Assembly (NCBI GenBank): GCA_023334545.1
Contig: JAADVB010000058.1
Span: 20,704-84,703, forward strand
DNA: 64,000 bases
Source: Salisapilia sapeloensis CBS 127946
Lineage: Eukaryota > Protista > Oomycota
Direction: 5' to 3'
A program made the position numbers and the translations under genes. Positions within the stretch are counted from its first letter, which is position 1, and every line of letters begins with the position of its first letter. Under the pieces are notes generated by a model. It was not told where the DNA came from, made no database searches, and was given only the letters and a program-made list of their open reading frames with translations. Below are positions 46,859 to 57,842 of the stretch, piece after piece.

Positions 46859-48146
46859 TCAATCTATCTCAATAATATCATTATCACTCCGCTTCCGCTT
46901 TCTACTCTGGTTATCATCTTCCTCCGTAAGATCCACCACATCATTCTTCGTAGACGCAATCGTCGCTTCTTTCTCCCTGTCGTCAAAGAATTGCTGCAGG
47001 TAATGTGCTAGCATAGCATCGTGATCTTTGTCCTTCTTTGCCTTTTCTTTTCCTTTCGTGCTCTTCTTGTCGTCTGTCGACTTATCGAAAAAGTCTTTGA
47101 TACTTTTATCCGGCTTCTTCTTCTTTTGCTGCTTCTTTTTCTTCTTGTCTTGAAAGCCTTCAGGCTCTTTAATCTTTGTGTACGTTCCTCCACAATTCGT
47201 CTACCTCACCATGAGTATCCTACCAAGGTACACATTGATAGACAACGTACTTGATGATCCTTCCACCATCGATCGGATGGACCAGGAGGTCGATTCATCG
47301 CGCGTTTTACAACACCAAAGTATGGACGACGCTGTCGACATGGACCCTACTAAAGGCTTTAGTATCATTCTACCAGGATGAATGGAAAGAGATGTACATC
47401 GCACTGCCACCAGTGAACACGATAAGCATCGACTTCATCATGGAAAGTATGATAGACGGTAATTTTGGTGTTGGCTGATGTATTGATACGACGCATGTGT
47501 GCTTGGAAGACAGATCCATGGTCATCATGGTCTTTGATCGGACTAAAGACAAAGATATAGGCATGGATCATCTCATGCTATGCTACATATGAGTAGGTGA
47601 AGACAGTAAAGCGGGGCCGACGTACGAGTAAAGTGTTCACCAAGTCACTCCGAGGTCGGAGTTTTAGTAGCGGCTCACTGCAATTCTTAGTTTACCTGTT
47701 TTGATCGAAAAGGAGGAAAGAATGTACCTGAGACGAATAGAGCAATAGCCAGAACGACGCTCGAATTGACATAGTCCAGCACTAGAAGAGATGTCAGCAT
47801 ATAACTGGCTTAACACGGTTTGGGTAGTACCATAGCGTCATGCGAGGACTCCATCGCACTTCACATCCGCTCAACTTGCCATCAAAGAACATCCTATCGT
47901 ACTCCTGCATACGATAGAATGTTTAATACGATCGTATTACTCGAAAGAATGTCATTAGCGTACAATGAAGAGGGCATGGATGTCCGGATTCGGGTCTACA
48001 TCGCCAATTGATCATTTTAGCTCGTACCACAAGCACGAAAGGATAGAAAAACATAATAAGAGCATACCCATGAGCTCAAACTCTTCAGAAAGTAGATTGC
48101 AAGGGTGTTTTGGCGTCGAAGGCATCGACATCATCTGACTGCCCAT
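46859..48146 (-). CDS. SPRTN: SprT-domain DNA-dependent metalloprotease Spartan, 8 small exons
   Basis: Hand-spliced: DPNPDIHALFI|EYDRMFFDGKL...WSPRMTLC|AGLC...IRLS|EPLLKLRPRSDLVNTLL|HEMIH...HGSVFQAHM..IN...|GPC...YFGVVKRAMNR.P...RWWKDHQ|TNCGGTYTKIKEP. Confidence 0.93.
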
Positions 48147-48228
48147 TATGTGTCCACTTTTAAATTACAAATGTACATCTCTTTTACAAATGTTCGCCCT
48201 TATCTTGAAAAGACGTTTAGAACCAGAT

Positions 48229-48807
48229 ATGGCTGATAGACTTCATGTGCTCTTCTTGTCGCTCATCTTGTTCCAATACATGGCAGCAGGCTATAACGAT
48301 ACGAATGAGGAGGAGAATCAAGAACAAAATTTAGAGACAAATGATCTGTTAGCATGTGATCAGTCACTATTCGAAGAGTACATCAACTCGGAAAAAGGAA
48401 GGCATATTTATGTCTTAGCAACGCTTTGTGAATCTCGAATTCGGTTTCTACAAATGACACTTGCAGGATACTACGGACCAGTATCACAGAAAGATTTGGA
48501 GTGGGCAATGTGCTCCGAAGAATGCCTGGGGAGTGATGAGCTGCATGTAGAGGCAATGACCATATCTCGTTGTTCGTGTGCACAGTTGTCGACGGATACA
48601 TGGGTGAAGCATGACTTTTGTCTGCAAAACTCGGCTCGCTACCTTTGTAAACACCTTGGCGAATGTGGTTATTGGGATTGCGACTTAGAAGACTTTATGT
48701 GTCAGCGATATCAATGGGATCGACATTACGCCTGTAGCAGCATGTCACTTGTGATCGACATCAGACTACTTATTGCTTGTGTGCTTGTAATATTCTCTTT
48801 TTCCTAA
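48229..48807 (+). CDS. Secreted Cys-rich protein with hydrophobic C-terminal tail (possible GPI anchor)
   Basis: Signal-like MADRLHVLFLSLILFQYMAAG, 12 Cys in the mature region, C-terminal LLIACVLVIFSFS. Confidence 0.7.
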   Translation: MADRLHVLFLSLILFQYMAAGYNDTNEEENQEQNLETNDLLACDQSLFEEYINSEKGRHIYVLATLCESRIRFLQMTLAGYYGPVSQKDLEWAMCSEECLGSDELHVEAMTISRCSCAQLSTDTWVKHDFCLQNSARYLCKHLGECGYWDCDLEDFMCQRYQWDRHYACSSMSLVIDIRLLIACVLVIFSFS

Positions 48808-49752
48808 GCAATATAGCTTTGCCTTACTTTGGATTTGTATACTGTCTTGAAGTGGAAACTTCCTTTTGACATATGAAATGCCTCCATTTAAGCTTGTTAT
48901 CTACTAAAATGAAAGACGTAAGAGCATTTAGATCTAAATGTGTTGACCATGACATCTATAAGGATGCTTGGAAGGACATTGACATGGTGCAATGGCTTCA
49001 TCCCAAGTGTCTGACCGAATGATTGCTAGACTGCTCCCTGGGTCACTACATAAGTGGAGAAGCATAAAGATGCTTGATCAAATCTGGCATCATCAGCCAG
49101 CAAAACCTTTTACGAACGGGAGAGTAGACATCTTGCGTGCGTGTTCGATATCTATTTGAGAAAGGTAGAAATGCTAATCTGAGAATTGGCTTTCAATAAA
49201 GGGATGACTGATCAGCACAAGACGCCTGCATGCTTTCTCGTGGAACCAAAGGATACACTTGTATTTACACAGTAGAAAGCACAGTTCTTGTAAAGTTTAG
49301 CACAGAAAGGATGTTTGTGATAAAGCTGCATCTTCAATCGCAAGGGAGAATGGAAGGTCTTTGGCCTCAAATTGAGATCGCTGGCGAGACTTTGTTTGGT
49401 CTATAAACCCAAGATGGGCAATGTTACGATCGTTATGTCTGCCATAGACATGTAGCGTAAGATTTATGCTATCGACTCAATTTGCTACTTGAACCCAGCT
49501 TTCGCCTCAACCTGCTTGCGAGTGTTTTAGACGTACAAAAGCTCAATCAAGTCGATATTGCTTTATTCAAGCATTCTTGTAATCCAACACAATTGCTGAC
49601 ATCAAAGTAGATAATAAGAATTGAATCCTACGAAAGATAATCTATGAACGCAAGTCCTTTCCTTAGAGCTCTCGAGAGTACCTGTAAACCCTACCAAATT
49701 CTGATAAAGAGGTGTAAGGGTTAAACATCAATCTGACAAAAGACGCAGGGAT

Positions 49753-50701
49753 ATGATCTCCTGGCAGCTCTTCGCTTCACCCGACCAAGATGAAGCTATT
49801 CAGAGTGGAAGAATCCCTATGCAACCCCTCTTCAATAGTAGCAATGCAGTGGTACCATCAGGTGAAGAAACAATAGAGTCTTTCTCGCATCAATCGCTCT
49901 TCCAACTGAGCCCAACCATCGAGCATGAAGCGCTTCAGCTCTATACTAGTCACCACGATCAACAGGACGCATCCTGTAGCTTCCCAGTATCGGCAAATGA
50001 ACTTGCAATGCTATCTCAAGGCAAAGAACATGCCAATAGCCATTCGTACATTTGCAAGCTGGATATGAACATGTCCAGTGTCGAGAGGCGTCCTTCGTGG
50101 TGGCAGCAAAAGCTCCATCGAGCTTTTCATCTCAAGTCCAAAGGCACCGAAGCTTTCCATGCAAACAACTTTCAATCCGCAGCTAACTACTACCTTCGAG
50201 TACACTTCATAATGACCTCTCGCCACTCATCCTAGTCGCTAACCGAGGAGTTTGGTTATTAACTGTAGGCTACAGCGTTTCTTAAGCAACCAGCAGACTG
50301 CGTGTATAGCTCAGAAGAGCAAATGGAGGTGGATAACCTCCTCATACCGTGTGAAATGAACCTTGCAACATGTTGTTGGAAGCTAAATCACATGCAAGAG
50401 TGCATTAATCACTGTACCACAGTGTTATCCAAGGACAGTAACCACGTAAAGGCATTATACCGAAGAAGCCAAGCGTTTGTTCAACTAAAGAACTATAAAT
50501 CAGCCATGGAGGACCTCTACCAAGTCACTCAAGTCGATCCATCCAACGCTCTTTTCCGTACGTCTAACTCTACTCTACCGCCACCGCCACTGCCACCAAC
50601 ACCTCACCTCTCCTCTAGGCAAAGCCCATCAACGAGCTCAAGAAGCGTTTGAAAAGTACCATGCCAAGGAGCAAAAAGCCTATGAAAAGATGTTTGCATA
50701 A
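49753..50701 (+). CDS. TPR-domain protein (FKBP/Cyp40-type TPR triplet), 3 exons
   Basis: LKSKGTEAF...AANYYLR|A...MNLATCCWKL...HC..VL..D..HVKALYRRSQA...A..DL; ends EQKAYEKMFA* (TAA 50699-50701). Confidence 0.82.
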
Positions 50702-50810
50702 GAAACCAAAGTGAATACCATACAAGAAGGTGAGCAAAGCTCCATGTCATTGTTTATTGTCTTGAGAGTCAACAACTAGGACATGGAAGTTCGGAAGCGG
50801 ACCATCAGTT

Positions 50811-51299
50811 TATTCGTCGGCAGCTCCACCCGTGGCACGGGTGTAGATGAGCTGCGAGTGGTGGGCCTGGACCTTTTGGATGTGGCCGTTCTCTTCCAAC
50901 TCGTGGATGGAGGCACGGGCGAGGGAAGCCGTCACCTTAAGACGCTCGACAATGGCCGAAGCAGTGATCAATTTCATCTAAAGCATGTCGGATTAGCTTG
51001 GTCGAGATATGCAGAAGACGATCGAAATACCTTCGGGACTTCGTTCAGCAGACGCTCGTACGTCTCCTGGTCGTAAAGGACCTTGTTGGCGACCTTTTCA
51101 CGGACCTTTCCCTTGGACCACTTCTTCTTGCCCTTGCCTTTGCCACCGGCCATGGCCGCAGCCATCTTCTGCTCCTTGGTCTTCTGCTGCGTCTTCGGCG
51201 GCTATCATTTCCACATTGTTCATGTTAAATTCATCGTTCCTGCCAATGTCAAAGGACAACGGGATCCAATATATAAAAGTCGAAAGAGATGCATACCAT
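50811..51299 (-). CDS. RPS25: 40S ribosomal protein eS25; exons 51299-51297 (ATG only), 51201-51031, 50977-50811
   Basis: PPKTQQK...[20 protein letters not shown]...EVPK|[26 protein letters not shown]...QLIYTRAT. Confidence 0.97.
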
Positions 51300-51532
51300 G
51301 GTTGCTAAGCTTTGCTCCCTGTAAAAATGAACGTGTGCAGGTCGCGCTTGATATTGAGGAAGCTCCAGCCAACCATTCGTCTGTTAGATTTCAGTTTATT
51401 AGGTGCATTTATGCTTGTCAATATAGGTCACTCGAGCACTGTTTTTGTAAGCCAATTATGTGGCGTACATCTATGTAAGAAAGAAAAGAAGACGAAAGAA
51501 TGCAAAGTCGAGCATGTTGAACGTGAAGTAGC

Positions 51533-52399
51533 TTAAAGCGCGGACGGACGAATCGTTTGCAGCAGCGTGAACTCGTAATTAGACGCGAGCTCTTGCTTCT
51601 CACTTACTCGACCTGGTTCGACACAGACCATGTGCAGATATTCATCGTCTCCAAAGTCGCCCATGCCTTTTGCTTTCTCTTCCCATGGGTTCCACACGAC
51701 TGCATCGCTAGCTGTCAGCTCTGAATCTTCACCTTGACGAACACGAGCAATCTTTTCAATTGTCACGGAACGCTTGGGCATACGAACGACTATCTTTGCA
51801 GGTGCATTCGCATACACACTGTCGGTTTCGCCCTTGAAGTTGACTTCACTTCGCTCTTCCGTCTGCTTTTGCTGGGATACCTTGTCAAAGTAGGACAAGT
51901 TCTGTAGACCTTCGACCTTGGTCTCGTTGATATGGTCCACACTAAAGTAGGTGTGAAGTAGCGCTTGGAAGGAAAACGCTGTCTCGGACGTGTTGCGGAC
52001 GTGGAGTGCTGTCACGAGATGTTCCGGGAACAATTCGACGTCAAAGACGAGTTCAAAGTCGAAATCCCAGATCTTCTTGGTCTCTGGTGTCGACTTTAGG
52101 AAGAACGATGCGACAGTGGGAGCTTCGCCTTCACCTTCCTGGACGTCTTCCAAGAGCTCCCAGTTCATGGTTCGAGCAAATCCGTGATTAGGAAATCCTT
52201 CGGCCGGGCCAAAGACTGGGAATACGATGGGAATGCCACCTCGAATCGGCTTGGAGCCGTCCAAAACGGCATTTTGCGAGACGAAAAGCAGGTTTCGGGA
52301 CGGATCTTGTGCCGTGGAAAAGAAGGTAACCGTTGCGCCGTACTTGTGAATTTCAGCACGGGCACCAGACGGATGGGAAATGCTCACGACGTTGCTCAT
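51533..52399 (-). CDS. Glucose-6-phosphate 1-epimerase (aldose 1-epimerase family)
   Basis: YGATV, KPIRGGIPIVFPVFG, HGFAR, FQALLHTYF, DAVVWNPW, MVCVEPG. Confidence 0.93.
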   Translation of the reverse strand: MSNVVSISHPSGARAEIHKYGATVTFFSTAQDPSRNLLFVSQNAVLDGSKPIRGGIPIVFPVFGPAEGFPNHGFARTMNWELLEDVQEGEGEAPTVASFFLKSTPETKKIWDFDFELVFDVELFPEHLVTALHVRNTSETAFSFQALLHTYFSVDHINETKVEGLQNLSYFDKVSQQKQTEERSEVNFKGETDSVYANAPAKIVVRMPKRSVTIEKIARVRQGEDSELTASDAVVWNPWEEKAKGMGDFGDDEYLHMVCVEPGRVSEKQELASNYEFTLLQTIRPSAL

Positions 52400-52964
52400 G
52401 TTCTTGGGAGAAGTACTGATCTACTAGGTGTCGCGACGTCGATCTTTTTGTGTGTTCGAAATGTAGATCGACAAAAGTAGCGATGGACGACATACAAATG
52501 ACACGCTTTAATGGAGATACTTTTCCGAGACAAATCTCGACAAGATACTTTTCTAGTACTGGATGGCATGCTACATATAGCTTAAACGTAGATGTGTTGA
52601 GGAACGCATAGACATGAGAGGTGATTGGGACGAGGTGGCCAAAGTGATTTTCTACATAAAGCGCTGGTAGTTGGATGTTGTTAGAGGAAAAAGTAGATGT
52701 CAGGTTTCTAGTAGTATCTACGAAGGATGAGAAAGAGGGTAGAAACGTACTTGTCACTCCATCAACTTTTGATCAGGAGATAGAATAGAATCGTACTGTG
52801 AATAAAAGGTTTGGATATCTCTTGATCGTTTTCTTTCTCGGAGAATTTCGTTGGTACTTCGTCCCAATTTCATCCTTCAACGCTCGTTTTCTCCCGTGTC
52901 TCCACTACACTCAGTTTCCAATTCGCCACGGACTTGGAAAGCGACCTCGACAAGAGAAATCTCG

Positions 52965-53603
52965 ATGAGCTCGATGTGGGAACGCATTCAACCTACGCCT
53001 TGGCACCGCCGCTCTGCTATCGACATGGCGCTCATGAACTTTGATTCGCTCATGTCCAACACGCTCGCTGCTCTGCCTTTGGCTGAAACGCCCATGACGC
53101 ATAGCTTTAGTGACGTCGAGCAGCAGTTTTTTGCGACAATCCCAGAGTACCCCGAATCGACCGAGGAAGGAGAAAGCTCTAAGCATACGACTTCTTGCTA
53201 TAGCTCCTCGTCGAGCTCTGCTTTGGATAGTCACGGTCGTCGTGTGGAGAGTACTCGACTCCGCTATGAAACAACCGATGGATACCTGAAAGCTCTGCAC
53301 CAACGAGCGATCGGAGACAAAGTGATGAAGACCGTGTGGTGCCGAAAGAACAAGGATGAAACTGGTAACTTCCATTCGATTGCCGAAAACACGAGTCCGG
53401 ACGAGTTTGAGAAGCTGTGGAAGGATACTCCATTCGGTAAAGCTGAGCAAGAAGAGAGTGCAAAGATTGAACCGGCAGGTCAAAGCGAGACAGAGAAGGC
53501 CAAATCGGAGGAAGAACGGGAGACGGAGCACTCGACAAGCAAGACATCCGACAAGGAGCAAGAGACGAGCAAAAAGTCGGACAAGAAGTCTGGGAAAAAG
53601 TAA
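52965..53603 (+). CDS. Myeloid leukemia factor (MLF)-like protein with acidic tail
   Basis: YSSSSSS...GRRVESTRLRYE..DG..K..HQRAIGDK...EFEKLW resembles the MLF core; recalled similarity only. First ATG at 52965. Confidence 0.5.
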   Translation: MSSMWERIQPTPWHRRSAIDMALMNFDSLMSNTLAALPLAETPMTHSFSDVEQQFFATIPEYPESTEEGESSKHTTSCYSSSSSSALDSHGRRVESTRLRYETTDGYLKALHQRAIGDKVMKTVWCRKNKDETGNFHSIAENTSPDEFEKLWKDTPFGKAEQEESAKIEPAGQSETEKAKSEEERETEHSTSKTSDKEQETSKKSDKKSGKK

Positions 53604-53819
53604 TAACGTTACGGACGTAAGAAAGAGATGGTAGTCGTACTAAGGGCATGAGAACACGCATGGTTGTTGGATGGTGAAAGAGATACTTCGCTCGCAGATA
53701 CGTTTTTATGGCCGTGGTCATCTACTAAACTCAGATCTGTGTCCAGCTACAACCGGAATGCAACATCATGACAGTCAAAAGTGATTTCTCCTCGTTCAAA
53801 CATAGCAAGAGCTCTTATC

Positions 53820-56333
53820 TTATCGGAGGAACGGATATGGAGGTAGCAGATACCTCTGGTACGTCTCCATACTCAGTGACGTTGCATTCACATCAGTGTT
53901 CGCAAGGGATGAGCACATGCTCCTTCCAGCTAGCGACGGACACTTGTCCAGTGCATGCTGCGCTGCTTTTGCAAAGATCATGAGCTCCGCCATGTCCGCT
54001 CTCTGCAGCAGCTTTACACAGTGACCAGTCGCTGTTCTTTCACTACTACAACACGGAATCTCGGCAGCAATCAATCGACACATGACACCTTCTCGATCGA
54101 CTAATTCTCCATGCACTGCCTTGACATCTTCTTCCTCCCGATCTCCATTCGCAAATGCATTCATGTCAAACTCAAACAAGTGATTCGTTACGCCCACTTG
54201 ATCCGTCAATTCGATAAGCAAGTTGAGCGTCGATAGCGTCAAGAGCGCATACGGTCGTCGACCGATACCAGGAGGAGCTAAGAGCTCCCCTGTCGGCTCG
54301 ACCATCGTTAGCAATCGACCTTTCAATGTTCCGAGGATGAAGCGATATGTCGCTGGTTTATCCAGGAACGCAGCGAAGGAAGCCGTGACGAGGTCGTACT
54401 GGAGTCCGAAGAGCCCTGGTGACGGCCGGAAGACTTCCACTGCATGTCGATCGTTCTGCAACGTCGTGTACAGCTTTGTGATCCAAATCATCACTTGCTC
54501 TTTCGTTCTGCTGTCCATGACTGATTCTGGGTCGTTCATTAATAGACGCACCATGTCGAGCCAGAAAGAGAGTGTAGCAAGATGCCGAATGCCGCTTTCA
54601 CGACCACTTCCTGGTCGACCAACGAGCATATGCGACTCGACAGAGAGGTCCATGAACGCTATTGCTGCATGCATACTCGTCTTGTTATCTACACACCACG
54701 TTTCGATCATCTCGACTGCTTTCTTCGCATACTTTTGTTCCTTTGTCAATTGCCACGTGAGGACAAGTGCTGTCGTATCATAGACAAAGTGTTTCATGAG
54801 CTTCGCATCCGATTTTACGTTCTTATCTTCCATAAAGTTGGAAAAGATACGAGTATTACGAAAAGCATCAACTGGACTATTCGACGTGACTGTCCACAGC
54901 TCTTTTCGCTGCACAGCTTTGGCTGCGTCACTAGCTAATGCCATCAGATTCTTCTGATCTGTTAATGGTAAATCCTTTCCTAGCGCGCGCTTCTCTGCTA
55001 TCTTTGTCACGTTATAGAAAACAAGCTTCTTTGCGTCATAATGATACATCTCGCGCATCACTCGTTCATCGAGAGCTTGTAGGAACTGCAGCACACTCTC
55101 ACCTCTTGTTAGCTCTCGCCAGTACGCAGATGTCTGATCGATATTTTCTAAATCGCTCCTACCACTGAACAATCGGATGACATGTCCAGTGCTCTGGACT
55201 TGATGATCACCTATGTCGGTCGATAAGTTTCCAGTCGTTCGGTCTGTCTCCCATGCAGACCATCCCCACTGGTCCCATGGGCCTTTGACGCCAAGACGAA
55301 CGAGTAAAGCTGCTTTGTCTCGCTTACCATACCGTAGGCGTTCATCAAAACGCTCGACCGAGTCATTACGAAAGATGAGCTGAGGCTCTTCCCACGGTCG
55401 AGCTCGAAACCATTTCTGTAGCACGACGTCATTCTCTTGCAAAAGTCGATCCATCCAAGAGACAAAGTACTTTGCGTCAGACTCTGTATTAGCTTGGATA
55501 AGATCTTGCTTGATGCTTGTCCAAGCATCTTCCTGTACGAAACAATTTTGGTCCCAAGGGAAGACCCAACGAGCACCGATCCTTTTACCAATGTCCAGCA
55601 TCTCATTACGAGCTCCGTTCAGATTGAACGTATACCTTGATTTCGCATCGTACAATTCGTTCATAACGGTTATATCGACCCATGTAGGTGCATTCGCAGG
55701 TCGACGACGCTTGTCGCTATCACGAAGTGCATGAGCAGCATCGACTGGTTCGTCTTCAACAGTCACACGATACGGAACGCGCGAGTATGCAGCAAGGTCG
55801 AACGGGATTTCAGTATATGCGACTTCGAACTCGTCGAGTAAGGCGAGGATGCTGTTACGCTCATCGACGCGGACGATGCGATTTACTATCCAATGCGTAG
55901 CAACCTCGTGGTCCTTTAGATCTAACTGTTCATGCTCAAGAGTAAATCGGAGATTAGCAAGTGTCTGCTCGAACTTTTGTCGAGGTGCGAGCGAATTGCC
56001 AATGACACGTATCAACATATACGTGGGGCGTAGGGCGGAAGACGGCGCTGTGATGTTATTTCTGGTCTCATATGCACTCTGCACTTCTTTTACAATATCG
56101 TCAATCGGAACACGTTCTTCTCGGATGTAGCTTGGCGATGGTGTGGTGCTTTCAGACGATGGAATCGACTGGATGGATGGGTATGCAAGGGGGGATAGCG
56201 TGAAGGAGTAGAATAGCGAGACTAGACCAAACGTCGCAATTGCAATAATTCCCAGACGAAATAGCCGTCCGTTCGAAGAAGTGCTGTGTGGCACTCGACG
56301 CACTTTGGCACTGCTACGTCGCTCAGCAGGCAT
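53820..56333 (-). CDS. Type II membrane protein: glycosyltransferase-like region plus C-terminal alginate-lyase-like helical domain
   Basis: N-terminal TM helix; YMLIRVIGN.L.PR, PWDQNCF, EEPQLIFR, YGKRDKAALLVRLGV.GPWD; C-terminal ALVLTWQLT...YA.KAVEMIETW. Confidence 0.65.
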   Translation of the reverse strand: MPAERRSSAKVRRVPHSTSSNGRLFRLGIIAIATFGLVSLFYSFTLSPLAYPSIQSIPSSESTTPSPSYIREERVPIDDIVKEVQSAYETRNNITAPSSALRPTYMLIRVIGNSLAPRQKFEQTLANLRFTLEHEQLDLKDHEVATHWIVNRIVRVDERNSILALLDEFEVAYTEIPFDLAAYSRVPYRVTVEDEPVDAAHALRDSDKRRRPANAPTWVDITVMNELYDAKSRYTFNLNGARNEMLDIGKRIGARWVFPWDQNCFVQEDAWTSIKQDLIQANTESDAKYFVSWMDRLLQENDVVLQKWFRARPWEEPQLIFRNDSVERFDERLRYGKRDKAALLVRLGVKGPWDQWGWSAWETDRTTGNLSTDIGDHQVQSTGHVIRLFSGRSDLENIDQTSAYWRELTRGESVLQFLQALDERVMREMYHYDAKKLVFYNVTKIAEKRALGKDLPLTDQKNLMALASDAAKAVQRKELWTVTSNSPVDAFRNTRIFSNFMEDKNVKSDAKLMKHFVYDTTALVLTWQLTKEQKYAKKAVEMIETWCVDNKTSMHAAIAFMDLSVESHMLVGRPGSGRESGIRHLATLSFWLDMVRLLMNDPESVMDSRTKEQVMIWITKLYTTLQNDRHAVEVFRPSPGLFGLQYDLVTASFAAFLDKPATYRFILGTLKGRLLTMVEPTGELLAPPGIGRRPYALLTLSTLNLLIELTDQVGVTNHLFEFDMNAFANGDREEEDVKAVHGELVDREGVMCRLIAAEIPCCSSERTATGHCVKLLQRADMAELMIFAKAAQHALDKCPSLAGRSMCSSLANTDVNATSLSMETYQRYLLPPYPFLR

Positions 56334-57842
56334 CAAGCTAATGACTCTGTACTCGGAAGACCTCGCGTCGATTTTACACTTCAAATGGAATGATGATCAC
56401 GTAATCACAGTCGGGAATGAGCCTTTCGTTCGGTTCATTGAGCTTTAGATCGTATTAGCAGCTACATTGGAGATTTTGTGGATATTTATATCATGCAAGC
56501 TGGATGTAGTATCATATCAAAGCTTTGAACGTACGGAATAAGCCTTATAGCAGAAATTATCATGATGCAGAGGCCGTAGCGATAATTGTACTTCAAGCTG
56601 CTATGTAGTAACTCTGATCTGTGACAGGGTTCACAATAGCTCTGAAGATGAGTTTCGCTAACATTGGAGTTGCAGCGCAGGAATTGTTTTGAATGTTTTT
56701 GGATCTATTCACTTTATGTGGTGAAACACGATTGGGACCGAGCTACTGTAACATCAAAAAATAAAGCTGACAAGAAGTACACATATGACCATTAAACGAG
56801 ATCGCAAATGGTCTCCAGCAATATACAATCATCCAAGTTAGACCTTGGTACCCTCCTATAGGTACTACGCAGCTTTGGCTCCAAACTTGCTCTTCAAAAA
56901 GAAAACAGATGTGATCTAGCTTTGCTTTAAGCTTTGCCAGTCGCTATCATCAAACGATAAAACTTTGATGGGCTAAACAGGACTAGTATGTTTATAATTG
57001 TTTTAGCACTTTAAGTATTGTCTACTCCGCGGGTGGTTGTGCACTTGCATTGGATGGTACTTATCTTCAGCGATCAATCAAGAAAACGGGGAATACAATT
57101 TATATCGCATCTTTACGAAGTAGTCGCTTGTACCTTTTTGATATATTAACTTCTGAACAACCATACTGAGTCGAAGGAGTAGCAAGCCTCCCTTTCTTTT
57201 CGCCCCCAAAGCTATATTCTTTATACATCGCCATCAATCGCAATCTAAAATTGACATCAACGGCAAGCAGTAGCCCAGACGTCTATTCACGTCTTGATCT
57301 CTAAAAGCGTCATGGTATAAGAAAAAAGCTGTAAGTATACTCGCACGAACACAATTATTGATCAACCTCTTGTCGGTCGACAAATTCTATCTCAGTTCAT
57401 TTTCTTTTCACACTAAAAGACACTTCCTGCTCATATACTATACCTTCTCATGAGTCGATGAGAGTCTAGTTCGCCATATAAGCAATTAGCGAAAGAAGGC
57501 ATATAAGAGTTTACATCTTCTTATACTTTACAATACCATTATCATGCTTATCCAGTCCACCATCGTTGCAAGTTTAGAAAGCCTGACATGATGTTTTTCT
57601 TTTGATAAAAGGTCGGTTACCTCATCCGGCTCCAGCGTTTATACCTTATCAGCATATTCAAATAAAGCGTTGTAGAGCGATCAGTTAGTATGCTTACTAC
57701 GCTTTTATTTCTACACTACTGTGAATATTCGCTTGATAGTCGATCAACTTTCATTCTCAAAAGCTTTAATACAGATCGTCAAAACAGTACATGTTGTTCT
57801 TTATATTAAGCGACCGAAGCACTTGCATCGGATACATTGCTT

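Noticed and set aside
47008-47193. Arg/Lys-rich 61-aa ORF resembling a protamine-like peptide
   Set aside because: It is an alternative frame of the Lys-rich last exon of SPRTN.
51202-51296. Possible intronic snoRNA in RPS25 intron 1
   Set aside because: No convincing C/D or H/ACA boxes.
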